Shown here in pieces: positions 27,209-40,650 of a stretch of DNA of 64,000 nucleotides (its first letter is position 1; every line of letters starts with the position of its first letter). A model generated the notes under the pieces. It searched no databases, had not been told where the DNA came from, and worked only from the letters and a program-made list of their open reading frames with translations. The position numbers were made by a program, and so were the translations under genes. The DNA comes from Octopus sinensis (lineage: Eukaryota), in assembly GCF_006345805.1 (NCBI RefSeq), contig NC_043001.1, forward strand, positions 90,706,001 to 90,770,000, given 5' to 3'.

Positions 27209-27307
<99 letters not shown>

Positions 27308-27704
27308 ATAGATATATATATATATATATATACATATACATAGATACATATATATATATATATATATATAACATATATATATACATATATATATATACAT
27401 ATATATATACATATATATACATTTATATATACACATATATATACATATATATATACATATATATACATTTATATATATTTCTTTACTACCCACAAGGGGC
27501 TAAACACAGAGGAGACAAACAAGGACAGACAAACGGATTAATTCGATTACATCGACCCCAGTGCGTAACTGGTACTTAATTTATCGACCCCGGAAGGATG
27601 AAAGGCAAAGTCGACCTTGGCAGAATTTGAACTCGGAACATAACGGCAGACAAAATACGGCAACGCATTTACATTTATATATACACATATATATACATAT
27701 ATAT

Positions 27705-27743
<39 letters not shown>

Positions 27744-27759
27744 CATATTTTTTTTTCTC

Positions 27760-28180
27760 TAGTTTCAGCTCAGAGCTGCGGCCATGCTGATGCACCGCCG
27801 TTTTGTGCTACACTGTTATTACGAAGAACCTCGTCTAATATGTGGCACTTGGTGAAGAATGGAGTTTGATATAGCTACTCTCATTTGCACCTCTTGCCGT
27901 GAGGTAGGTTCATCTGGGACTCTTGACAGGAAGATGTCCAGCTTTGATTTAAAAACCGCTACATCTACTTTGTGCAAGTTCCTCAGACTCTTTGGGAGAA
28001 TATTAAAAAGCTGTGGGCCCTTGAAACCTAGGCTGTTGCAGAAGCTGGTCCTGAAGCGTGATGGCATTGCCAGGATCTTTGGCACTATGCAGTGTCGTCC
28101 CTTTCTAGCATTGGTGTACCTTACAATGCCAAAATTTGGCACAATTTCTTCCAGGATCTTCCAGACATATATTACTGCAT
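27760..28180 (-). mobile_element. CR1-like LINE 3' end
   Basis: IYVWKILE...[16 protein letters not shown]...[16 protein letters not shown]. Confidence 0.8.
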
Positions 28181-28332
28181 ACATATATATATATACATAT
28201 ATATATATATACATATATATATAAATACACATATATACATATATATATATATATACATATATACATATATATATATACATACATATATACATATATATAT
28301 ATACATATATACATATATATACATAGATAGAT

Positions 28333-28389
<57 letters not shown>

Positions 28390-28982
28390 CATATATATAT
28401 ACATATGTAGGCGCGGGCATGGCTGTGTGCTTAGGGAGCTTGTTTCCTAGCTACATGGTTTCGGGTTCAGTCCCACTGCGTGGCACTTTGGGTAGGTGTC
28501 TTTCTAATTTTTTATTTTATCCTTATTTTTACTTCTATTTTACCCCTATTTTATTACTTTTTATCTCTATGTATGTCTATTTTTAGTTCTTTTTCTTTAT
28601 ATGCTTATCTTGTATTTGCTTATATGCTTATCTATGTATCTGTGTATATATATATATATATCTATATATATGTGTGTGTGTGTGTGCGTTTGAATATGTA
28701 TGTGTGTTTATATGGGTATGCCTTTTTTTACATTTTTTTATATTTTTTATATTTTCTTATATTTTTTTATAAATTTTTTAATATATTTTATATATATCTA
28801 TACATATATGTGTGTGTGTCTGTGTATGTATATGTATGTGTATACGCATATATAGACACACAGATATATGTGTGTGCATGTGGATGTGTGTGTGTGGGTC
28901 CATGTGTATGTATATATGCATGTGTGTGTATGTATGCACACATATGTACGCATCTGTGTGTATGTGTATATGTATATGTATG

Positions 28983-29017
<35 letters not shown>

Positions 29018-29050
29018 GTGTGTGTATATATATATATATGTATATATATA

Positions 29051-29209
29051 TACTCTGTTATACTTTCTTACCCGCAGATTTCTTACTTTCATGTCTACCT
29101 TTTGTACCCAATATAATTCCGTATCTTGATATACTCTGTTATACTTTCTTACCCGCAGGTTTCTTACTTTCATGTCTACCTTTTGTACCCACTATAATTC
29201 CGTATCTTG
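29051..29209. repeat. Two-copy tandem duplication, period 81 bp
   Basis: tactctgttatactttcttacccgcag...ccgtatcttg starts at 29051 and 29132. Confidence 0.9.
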
Positions 29210-30235
29210 CCCGTGTGCGAGAATGGATCTACTTGTTACACTTGTGTCTGTGCATATGCATATTTTTATGTATATGCATAGGGATCTACTCCCCCATGTG
29301 TGTGGGTGTGGGCGTGAGTGTGGGTGTATGCACTTTTTTGCCCATATGCATAGATTCACTTCGTCTTGTGAATGAGTGTAAGTGCAAGTGTGCCTGTATG
29401 TGCGCATGTGCGTGTATGTATATACGTACGTATGCGCGTCAGTTCGTGTACCCAACTACATGCGCCTTTACCCGTATGTATCTGTATATTTTTACACGCG
29501 AGTACGCATGTATACTTGTATGCGTGTGATTGTGTATGCGTGCATATATGTACGCGTGTATATATGTATATGTATCCATACGTGTTCGTATGTATATGTT
29601 GACCACTAGACAATTTTATGAGGAAATAGATAAGCAGTTTAACCACAAACCAGACAACCCTAATCTACAATACATTGGGTCCCCAGACGTCCCAGTTGAT
29701 TCATGACACCCACTGCTTAGGCTTCTACAACCGGAATATGTCATCTTCCTGACCACCATGTTAGTCCATAACAACTTTATATCCCTTATCCTTATATCCT
29801 TTTATATTTTTGATACTTTTTTTATATTTTCTTATATCTTTATATTCATTTATACTTTTTTTACACTTCTTTATATTTTTATATTTTATATTTCTATATT
29901 TATATTCTTTTATCTTTTATATTTTTATATTTTTTATCTTTCGTCCTTAATTCTCACCCCTCCATCTTTATCCCTATTTACTCTTATTACCAGGTTCCTT
30001 CACGTCTGTGTGTATTTATATATTTATTTATTCAATTATTTATTTATTTGTTTATTTATTCATTTATTTATATTACCTCAACATCCAAACTTCCTCATTC
30101 TACATTGAGAGAAGGACGGGATGGACGCTTCATTTTTGTGCTGGTACCGCATTATGTCGTACGTGACTCAGAGGATTTGCATCCCCAACGTAGAATTTTT
30201 GATGTAATACATGTCCTTGAAGCAGTAATTGTGCA

Positions 30236-30311
30236 TGGCTGAAGAAGGCCATAGACACACATTATGCATTGTTATAAATCCGTCTAATAAAGGCCCGAAA
30301 CATATGTACCG
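30236..30311 (+). ncRNA. Hammerhead motif with long loop II (slightly degenerate)
   Basis: UGG-CUGAAGA-AGGCC...GGCCC-GAAA-CAUAUG-UA^CCG, just upstream of a (TA)n tract. Confidence 0.55.
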
Positions 30312-30740
30312 CTGAATCCTTAGCATCATGTTTTTATATATACATATACATATATATACATATAATATACACACATATATATATATACACATATATATAT
30401 ATAATATATATATATATACATATATATATACACAACTATATATATATATACATATATATACACACATATATATATATATATATATATAATATATATATAT
30501 ATATTATATAACACATATATATATATACATATATATATACATATATATACATATATATATATATACATATATATATACATATATATATACATATATATAT
30601 ACATATATATATATATATAATATAACATATAATACATATTATATATACATATATATATACATATATACATACATATATATATATAATATATACATATATA
30701 TATAACACATATATATATATATATATATACATATATATAT

Positions 30741-31560
30741 ACTTTGATACTTTGATAGGTTTCGGCCATTATTGGCCCAGGCCATGTCTAACTTAATAGC
30801 ACCACCTGGTGAAGTCTTTCAAGTCAGTCAAATTTGGGCACTATGGCCCACTCAAGTAGAGAGTTATTGTTTACAGAGACATATCCGGGTGTAGGGGGTT
30901 TATCCGGGATTTCTTGAAGGAATCTGTCCAAAGAGTTCTTGAACCCTATAGGGTTAGTTTCTGTTTTAATGTGTTTTGGTGTAATGTTAAAGAGAGCGGG
31001 GCCAATTGAGGTGAAATAATTGTGCCGTATTGTTGTTATGAGATGAGAGTGCTGATGGAATATTTTCCACATCATGCAGATGATGTAGCGCTCACGACGA
31101 CGTTGGAGAGAATAGAGTTTTAGCTTTTCTTGTCGACCCCAATAGTCGAGGCCTGTCATGCCATCTATCTTTTTTGTGATTGCCCTTTGAGGTGCTTCAA
31201 CTTTTATGATACCTTGTATTGTGTGGGGAGACCACAGTGGACAACAGTATTCAAGGTGGGGTCGGGCAAAAGTGGAGAAGAGAAGGATAATGGTGTGGAT
31301 ATCTCTTGACTGGAAAGTTCTGAGAATCCAGAAACACATTCTGCGGGCCATGTCAACTTTGGTGTTTATATGAGTGGCCCAGCTTATGTTGTTGTCCACA
31401 ATTACTCCCAGGTCTCTGATGTTGTTGGACGCCGCGAGAGTTTCACCTGAAGGAAGGGAGTATGGGAGTTTCAGGGCATCCTCTTTTCCAAGTGGATTAG
31501 CTCAAATTTATCCTCATTCAGCAGCATATTGTTTTTTTCTGCCCATTGGATAACAGCCAG
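30741..31560 (-). mobile_element. CR1-like LINE 3' part; its 3' end is duplicated at 33341-33602
   Basis: [54 protein letters not shown]; (ATCAAAGT)n tail. Confidence 0.9.
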
Positions 31561-31571
31561 TACACATATAT

Positions 31572-31603
<32 letters not shown>

Positions 31604-31653
31604 ATATATATATATATATAATATATACATATATATATATACAATATATATAC

Positions 31654-31688
<35 letters not shown>

Positions 31689-31959
31689 CATATATATATA
31701 CATAATATAACATATATATATACATATATTATATATATATACAATATATATACATATATACATATATATACATATATACATATATATATACATATATACA
31801 TATATATATACATATATACATATATATATACATATATACATATATATATACATATATACATATTATATATATATACATTATATATACATATATATAATAC
31901 ATATATATACATATATTATATATACATATATATATATACATATATATATATACATATAT

Positions 31960-32041
<82 letters not shown>

Positions 32042-32047
32042 TATATC

Positions 32048-32746
32048 TCATCATCATCATGATCGTTTAATTTCCGCTTCCATGCTAGTATGGGTTGGAC
32101 GATTTGACTGAAGACTGGCGAACCATTTGGCTGCACCAGGCTCCAATCTTGATCTGGCAAAGTTACTACAGCTGGATGCCCTCCCTAATGCCAACCACTC
32201 CTAAAGTGTAGTGAGTGCTTTTAAGTGTCACTGGCACGATGGCCAGTGAGACAGTACTGACAACGGCCATGCTCAAATGTGTCACCTGCACGGGAGCCAG
32301 TCCAGCGCCACTGGCAACGACCTTGCTTGAATGTTTTTTTTTTCACGTGCCAGTAAGGCAACACTGGTAACAATCATGCTCGAATTGTGCTCTTTACGTG
32401 CCATCCGCATGAAAGCCAGTTAGCTGCTCTGTCAACGATCATGCTTGGATGGTGCTCTTAGCGCTCCACTAGCACGGATGCCAGTCATCGAATTTGATTT
32501 CGATTTCACTTGCCTCAACAGGTCTTTGCAAACAGAGTTTAGTGTCCAATGAAGGAAAGGTACGCATAAGTTGGCTGGTTACACCCCTGGCATAGGCCAC
32601 AAGGTTATGGTCTCACTTGGCTTGCCGAGTCTTCTCAAGCACAGCATATTTCCAAAGGTCTCGGTCACTAGTCATTGCCTCGGTGAGGCCTAATGTTCGA
32701 AGGTCATGCTTCACCACCTCATCCCAGGTCTTCCTGGGTCTACCTC
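32048..32746 (-). mobile_element. RTE LINE 3' end
   Basis: RGRPRKTWDEVVKHDLRTLGLTEAMTSDRDLWKYAV plus repetitive 3' UTR and (GAT)n tail. Confidence 0.9.
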
Positions 32747-32748
32747 TG

Positions 32749-32782
<34 letters not shown>

Positions 32783-33065
32783 TATCTGTAATATAATATG
32801 TGACAATTATTCGGTTGCCATAATGAGACTCTGAGTTTTGGATGTCGGGGCAGAAAACTGCTCCAGTATCTCGCCAGTTATCAAGGCAATCAAAAAACGC
32901 TATGAAAACTGATGAGATGCCAGAGCAGTTTTCCACCCCGACATCTGAAACTCAGAGTCTTATTAAGGCAACGGAAGAATTGTCACATATTATATTGCAG
33001 ATAAATTCTTCTATTTACATAATATCAAGGTCTCTTTCATCCTTTTGTTGTCTTACCATTACTAT
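32783..33065 (+). mobile_element. Short fold-back element with degenerate hammerhead (32902-32964)
   Basis: Arms 32783-32863 and 32923-33003; CUGAUGA-GAUG...CAUCU-GAAA-CUCAGAG-UC; (TA)n on both sides. Confidence 0.65.
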
Positions 33066-33206
33066 TAATATAATATATATATATATATATGTATGTATAT
33101 ATATGTATATATATGTATGTATATATATGTATATATATGTATGTATATATATATATATATATAATTGTATATATATGTATATAATATATATATATATATA
33201 TAATTG

Positions 33207-33306
<100 letters not shown>

Positions 33307-33702
33307 GTATATATATGTATGTATATATATATATATATATACTTGATACTTTGATAGGTTTCGGCCATTATTGGCCCAGGCCATGTCTAACTTAATAGCA
33401 CCACCTGGTGAAGTCTTTCAAGTCAGAATTTGGGCACTATGGCCCACTCAAGTAGAGAGTTATTGTTTACAGAGACATATCCGGGTGTAGGGGGTTTATC
33501 CGGGATTTCTTGAAGGAATCTGTCCAAAGACTTCTTGAACCCTATAGGGTCAGTTTCTATTTTAATGTGTTTTGGTGTAATGTTAAAGAGAGCGGGGCCA
33601 ATATATATATAATTGTATATATATGTATGTATATATATATATATATATATATAATTGTATATATATATGTATGTATAATATATATATATATATAATTGTA
33701 TA

Positions 33703-33743
<41 letters not shown>

Positions 33744-33748
33744 GTATA

Positions 33749-33780
<32 letters not shown>

Positions 33781-33823
33781 ATTGTATATATATGTATATA
33801 TATATATATATATATTAATTGTA

Positions 33824-33860
<37 letters not shown>

Positions 33861-34045
33861 GTATATAATGTATATATATATATATATATAATATATATAT
33901 ATATATAATATATATATATATTATATATATGTATATACATATGATGCTAAAGTCAAGTAGACAGGACTAAGACAAAAAAATAATCATGAGTGATAATTAA
34001 CCTAATATTTGACTGGGCTTTGTTGATTCAGCAAGCTGTAATTAC

Positions 34046-34194
34046 CTGATGGTTGTCTATAAAACCTGCAGTTATTATCACAGTATAACCATGCCAGATC
34101 TTTGCTGTTGTTATCACAAGAGCACAATGCAGGAATGTCTATTGATAATTGCTGGCATTTCTTTTCCAGTTTCTCTTGCAGATAGTACACCTGT
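34046..34194 (-). CDS. CCDC15: CCDC15-like Cys-rich C-terminal exon (QVYYLQEKLEKKCQQLSIDIPALCSCDNNSKDLAWLYCDNNCRFYRQPS)
   Basis: Acceptor ttgtttctccag|A (phase 2), donor TCAG|gtaatt (phase 1). Ungapped match to the recalled CCDC15 signature I-x-L-P-P-L-C-x-C...C-x-N-N-C-x-F-Y. Confidence 0.85.
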
Positions 34195-34629
34195 CTGGAG
34201 AAACAATACAAAGCAATTATTATTATTTTTTTTTTTTTTTAGAAAAAAAAATTTGTCAGGTACATATAATAAAAACTGCATTTCAAAAACAAAATCTACA
34301 ATAATAGAGAACAACAACATCAAATATACACACACATCGTCAACATAAGTTACCTGTGAATTAGCAGGATAGGAGAACAGAAATAGGAAAGGACAACAAA
34401 CATCATTTGGCTGCATCTATGTAGATGTTCCTTCAGCCAGCTGTCAGTAATGTTTAACTATCCTGAACTAAAACACTTATTAAATGCATGTCAAAGACAC
34501 ATGTAAAGCAATGCATAAGCATACAGAAATATGTTTATGCACACAAAGTCACAAGCACACATCTCATATGAACATATGTTTCACCCACAAACTTTCAATT
34601 TAATTTTTCATCTTTGTTTATAATTAAAA

Positions 34630-34882
34630 AAATAAATGTGCCCTTTTAAAGCCTTGCCAGGGTCATGGGCCAGGTTTCCCGGTTTCTATGGCATATGTGT
34701 TCCCCAGCTGGATGGGACGCCAGTCCATCACAGTGTTACTCATTTTTGCCAGCTGAGTGAACTGGAGCAATGTGAAATGAAGTGTTTTTCTCAAGAACAC
34801 ATGTCGCCCAGTCCAGGAATCGAAACCACAATCTTACGATCATGATACTGACACCCTAACCACTAAGCCACACGCCTCCACC
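34630..34882 (-). mobile_element. tRNA-derived SINE family D sharing its tail with the SINE at 18135-18453
   Basis: Head ggaggcgtgtggcttagtggttaggg; tail gaaaccgggaaacctggcccatga. Confidence 0.8.
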
Positions 34883-35127
34883 ATCTTTGTTTATAAGTAT
34901 CATTTATCTTTTCTTTTCCTATTCACATGTTTCAGTCATTGGACAGTGGCCATGCTAGAGCACTGCCTTCAGGGATTTTAGCTGAACAGATCACCTCAAG
35001 TACTTATTTTGTTTAAAGTCTGGTACTTACTCTATCAGTCTTCTTTTGCTGAACTGCCAAGTAATGGATGCATAAACAAACCAAGACTGGCTGTCAAATA
35101 ATCTTGGGGGACAGACACAAAGACATA

Positions 35128-35815
35128 CATGTGTGTGTGCTTACATGCGTGCATGCGTGGGAGGTGCATATGTGTGTGTGTATGCTTACATGCATGTATG
35201 GGGGGGTATATGAGTGCATATGTGTGTATGCTTACATGCGTGCATGCATGGGGGGTGTATATGTGTGCATATGTGTGTGTGCGTGTGTGTGCTTACATGC
35301 ATGCATGCATGGGGGGTGTAATGTGTGCATATGTGTGTGTGTGTGCTTACATGCGTGCATGCATGGGGGGTGTATATGTGTGCATACATGTGTGTGTGTG
35401 TGCTTACATGCGTGCATGCATGGGGGGTGTATATGTGTGCATATGTGTGTGTGTGTGTGTGTGCTTACATGCATGCATGCATGGAGGGTGTATGTGTGTG
35501 TGTGTGTGCTTACATGCGTGCATGCCTGGGGGGTGTATATGTGTGTGCTTACATGCGTGCATGCATGGGGGATGTATATGAGTGCATATGTGTGTGTGTA
35601 TGCTTACATGCATGCATGCATGGGGGGTGTATATGTGTGCATACATGCATGCATGCATGTGGGGTGTATATGTGTGTGCTTACATGCGTGCATGCATGGG
35701 GGGTGTATATGTGAGCATATGTGTATGTGTGCTTACATGCGTGCATGCATAGAGGGGTATATATGTGTGTATATGTGCATGTGTATGTATGTATGTATGT
35801 ATGTATGTATGTATC
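35128..35815. repeat. Complex minisatellite (gtgtgcttacatgcgtgcatgcatggggggtgtatat, variable unit, about 13 copies)
   Basis: Recurring 'gcttacatgc' anchor every 35-60 bp. Confidence 0.9.
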
Positions 35816-36929
35816 ATAGTTTTGAGGACACACTTTCTTTCCTCACCATTTTTCTTTCTATCCCTCTCTCTCTAACTTCTTTCTTCTACCTTGTTGCTAC
35901 TGCTACTAGATCAATCCTAGCAATTTTGTCTTTCATTCATAAATTCTTTCCTTCCTTCTTGTTCATTTTGCAACAAAAGTCATACACCTATTTTCCTTCA
36001 TCCTAGCAATCTTTCAGTGAGTTTGTTGTATACAGTGCCCAGTCAAAAACTATAATCCTTCTTATTGAACTGTATTATATGCTACTCTTTTACTCTTTTA
36101 CTTGTTTCAGTCATCTGACTGTGGCCATGCTGGAGCACCGCCTTTAGTCAAGCAAATCAACCCCAGGACTTATTTATTGTAAGCCTAGTACTTATTCTAC
36201 CGGTCACTTTTGCCGAACTGCTAAGTTACAAGGATGTCAGTTGTCAAGCAATGTTAGAAGGACAAACACAGGTACACAGACACACACATATATACATATA
36301 CATATATACGACACACATATATATATATACATATACATATATACAACGGGCTTCTTTCAGTTTCCGTCTACCAAATCCACTCACAAGGTTTTGGTCAGCC
36401 CAAGGCTATAGTAGAAGACACTTGCCCAAAGTGCCATGCAGTGGGACTGAACCCGGAACCATGTGGTTGGTAAGCAAGCTACTTACCACACAGCCACTCT
36501 TACGCCTATACTGTCTATAATTTTCATTTCTTTTGCATGTTGTCACTCTCAATGGCCTAACACTTTCTCTTTGTAATGTTCAACTCCACAGTGATATTTA
36601 CATACACCGGGGCAACCAGAAGTATCATAGCATTAAAATCTACAGACTTTAAACATACTGATTCTGTGCTAATTCTGGTCCTCATGGCTAACTAGAGGCT
36701 TTTCATGTACAAATGCCATTTTCTATTAATTCCACGGTTCATTTGTTTCCACAACTGTCCAGGCTGTCTTGTTATTTGATAGACTTAGAAACAAGCAGGG
36801 TTGGTGTCAGAAAGGACATCCTGACTTTGAATACTATTCCAGCCTATGCTCTTCTGACCCATGCAAGTATAGAAAAGTAAAAATAACAGTGATGACAACA
36901 ATAACAATGACAACAACAGCAACAACAAT

Positions 36930-37803
36930 AACATCATCATCATCGTTTAACGTCCGTTTTCCATGCTAGCATGGGTTGGACAGTTCAACCAGGATCTGGG
37001 AAGCCAGGAGGCTGCACCAGGCTCCAGTCTGATCTGGCAGTGTTTCTACAGCTGGATGCCCTTCCTAACGCCAACCACTCTGTGAGTGTAATGGGTGTTT
37101 TTTACGTGCCACCAGCACAGGGGCCAGAGGAGGCTGGCAACATCCACGATCGGTTGGTGCTTTTTACGTGCCACTGGCATGGACGCCAATCAAGGCGGTG
37201 CTGCCATCAGCCACTTTCAGCTGGTGTTTTTTACGTGCCACCAGCATGGGTATCACAACTACAATTCCATTTGAATTTTATTTTGATGTTGATGTACTTG
37301 ACTCAATAGGTCTCCTCAAGCACAGCAGGTTGCCCTACGATCCAAGGTCAGCACAGCAGGCCGTCATGCAAGCCATGGACTTCATTTGTCGGGTCTTTGC
37401 AGTCACAGCATATCTCCAGAAGTCTTGGTCTTTCATCATTGTCTCAAAGGTCATGCTTGACCACCTCATCCCATGTCTTCCTGGGTCTACCTCTACACCG
37501 GATTCCTTCAATTGTTTGGAAGTGACACTTCTTCGCACATCTCTCATCAATCCGTAGTACATAACCATATCAACGCAAATGTCTCTCCTACATGCCACAT
37601 CCGATGCTTCTGATGTCCAACATTTCTCTCAGGGTGCTTACACTCTGTTGTGCATGCACATTGACATTATACATCCAGTGGATCATGCTAGCTTCATTTC
37701 TTTCAAACCTACGCATGTATTGCGCAGTCATGGCCCATGTTTCACTGCCATCAAGCATGGCAGTTCGCACACATGCGTCATACAATCTACTTTTCATTCT
37801 GAG
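36930..37803 (-). mobile_element. RTE LINE 3' fragment
   Basis: SRLYDACVRTAMLDGSETW...; 3' UTR repeats and tail. Confidence 0.85.
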
Positions 37804-39794
37804 CTAGAAACTACATAAATAAGTTCTGTTTGAATAGAAAAAGAAATCCAACAATTAGCCTTTACCGTTGATAGAAACTGCACATTCTATTTAGTTTAGA
37901 ATGTTTTCTAGACCAGTCATGTATTTCCAGTTCAAAAATTTCATGTTGTGTTTTAGGCTGAAAGTTTAGAGGATTATTGGACTGTTCTTTCCATTTCTTT
38001 TCATAAAATGAGCTGAAATTAAGAAATTAATTTGATTATCATCTTCTTTCTTTATTGCCCACAAGGGGCTAAACACAGGTGGGGACAAATAAGGACAGAC
38101 AAAGGGATAAAGTCAATTACATCGACCCCAGTGTGTAACTGGTACTTAATTTATCGACCCCAAAAGGATGAAAGGCAAAGTCGATCTCGGCAGAATTTGA
38201 ACTCAGAACGTAATGGCAGACGAAATACTGCTAAGCATTTTGCCCGGCATGCTAACGGTTCTGCCAGCTCACCGCCTTAATTTGATTGACTATCAATAAT
38301 CCAAACCAAATAAATGTAGATAGAGAATACATTTTCTTAGAATTAGTTAACTCTAATGCACAAGAAAAAAATATTTCCTAGCTAGCCGGTCAACTGAAGG
38401 GAAGTCACCAAAACCTAATTAACAAAGTGAATTTGAATCTTGTTATAATTATTATTACTATTCATACTCATCAAAATTCCATGATCATTTAAAAAACTTT
38501 ATGATTGTTGAAAACTTATAGAGAATTATGATATCCATTTTGGCGGGATGGGGAAGCATTTGATTCTTGAAATGGGGTGAAGTCCACAGAGGTAGGACTG
38601 AAAGTTCAGTCTTTTGAGATAACTTTGAAAACTATATTCTTCATTGTAAATATACATTTTTCTCTACCTTGAGAGTTGCTGATTATTATTTCATTTTATT
38701 TCTTAAAGTCATGAAATAAACAGTCATAACTATCAATCAACATTAAAAAGATAATTTATTCATAACATTATTCTGATATAGTGCAATTGATTAAGTAAAG
38801 CTTTGATTATTATTTTGATATCAGAGAAAATTTCATATGGCTACTTCAAGCCACAGTCCCAATGAATGAAGCACAAAAGCTGCCTCAATGAGCTATGGAT
38901 TCCAAAAGAAAATAAGTGTGTTATTTCTTTATTGCCCACAAGGGGCTAAACATAGAGGAGACAAACAAGGACAGACAAGGGGATTAAGTTGATTAGATCG
39001 ACCCCAGTGCGTAACTGGAACTTAATTTATCGACCCCGAAAGGATGAAAGGCAAAGTCGACCTCAGCAGAATTTGAACTCAGAACATAAAAGCAGACGAA
39101 ATACTGCTAAGCATTTCACCCCGGTGTGCTAACAGTTCTGCCAGCTCGCCGCCTTAAGAAAATAAGTGTGTCACCAGAAGAAAATAAGTGTGTGTATGTG
39201 AATTTAAGTCATAATATATGGATTCAACTAATCCAGTGGTACTCATAAAAAAGTTCCTTAATGTATCCTTCTAGAAAGCACATAGAATATAGAGTATGAT
39301 ACAAAAGAAAAACATAAGGAGTGTATACAATTATAAATAAAAAGAAAAATATGCTATGATAAAATATATCTTACCAATGGATATGCTCATTTAACAACAA
39401 TTGTTTTGCAGCTTAATAAACATATATAAATAATTCATTTTATCATAGCTGGATGCCCTTCTTGACACTTACAGCTGGTTGGCATTAGGAAGGGCATCCA
39501 GCTGTAGAAACTCTGCCAGATCAAGATTGGAGCCTGGTGCAGCCATCTGGTTCGCTAGTCCTCAGCCAAATCGTCCAACCCATGCTAGCATGGAAAGTGT
39601 ACATTAAACAGTGATGATGATGATATTTTATAATAACTGATAAATTACTAACATATCTCTATTAAAATATGTATATACAATTTTTTAATTAATGCAGATA
39701 TTAATCTTACTCATCATGTTCAAAATAATTCATTTTAAACACGGAATTCTTTTTAACTTGATGAGTAAGCTTAATATCTGCATTTATTTAAAAA

Positions 39795-40650
39795 TTCTCT
39801 CAGGGTGCTTACACTCTGTCATGTGTGCACACTGACATTATACATCCAGCGGATCATGCTAGCTTCATTTCTTTCAAGCCTATGCATGTTCTCCACAGTC
39901 ACAGCCCAGGTTTCACAGCTGTGAAGCATGACAGTTCATACACATGCATCATACAATCTACCTTTCACTCTGAGCAAGAGGCCTTTGTCACCAGTAGGGA
40001 TAGCTTTCTTGTGGTAACACTCTCTGAGCATCCACCCCCACTAATAACTTGGTGACCTAGGTAGCGGATGCTATCAACTACTTCTATTTTCTTCCCCTGG
40101 AGTGTGATGGAATCTGTTTTCTGAGCATCTGTAGTGTTTATTGCTCCTGTGCATCTGCCGCACATGAAAGCTATCTTCTTCGTTAATCTTCCTTAGATGT
40201 TGTTGCACCTCTTATGTGTCCATAGCTTACACTGGGTACATCTTATAGAGTTTCTACATACACTTTTTCTACAGGGCCACCTACCTGAGGGGGGTGTGAT
40301 GTGTTCACCTTCCTACTTACTAGAACATTGGTCTTTGCTACATTAACTCTAAGGCCTTTTGATTCTAAACCTTGCTTTCACACCTGAAATTTCTTTTCTA
40401 GTTCCGGTAGTGATTCTGCTAAGAGGGCCAGGTCATCAGCCTAGAGGAGCTCCCAGGAGCAACCTGTCTTGAATTCCTCTGTTATTGCCTGGAGGACTAT
40501 GACGAATAAAAAGAGACTGAGGACTGAACTGTGGTGGACCCCTACTTCTACCCAGAGTTCTTCACTATACTCATTGCCAATCCTAACCTTACCAATGGCC
40601 TCTCTGTATAGATCCTGTACAGCCCTTATTAACCATTTGTCAATCTCCAT
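39795..40650 (-). mobile_element. RTE LINE internal RT fragment
   Basis: IDKWLIRAVQDLY...EVGVHHSSVLS...GCSWELL-ADDL. Confidence 0.85.

Larger units (their letters stand above)
26428..27210 (+). mobile_element. Non-coding 362-nt-unit element with inverted 5' copy and partial tandem repeat (Penelope pLTR / retrozyme-like)
   Basis: 26428-26737 is an inverted copy of 26802-27111; 26736-26848 is directly repeated at 27098-27210 (period 362); (TA)n on both sides. Confidence 0.85.

Noticed and set aside
28480-29529. 349-aa ORF
   Set aside because: Starts in a SINE head and runs through simple repeats; no domain-like content.
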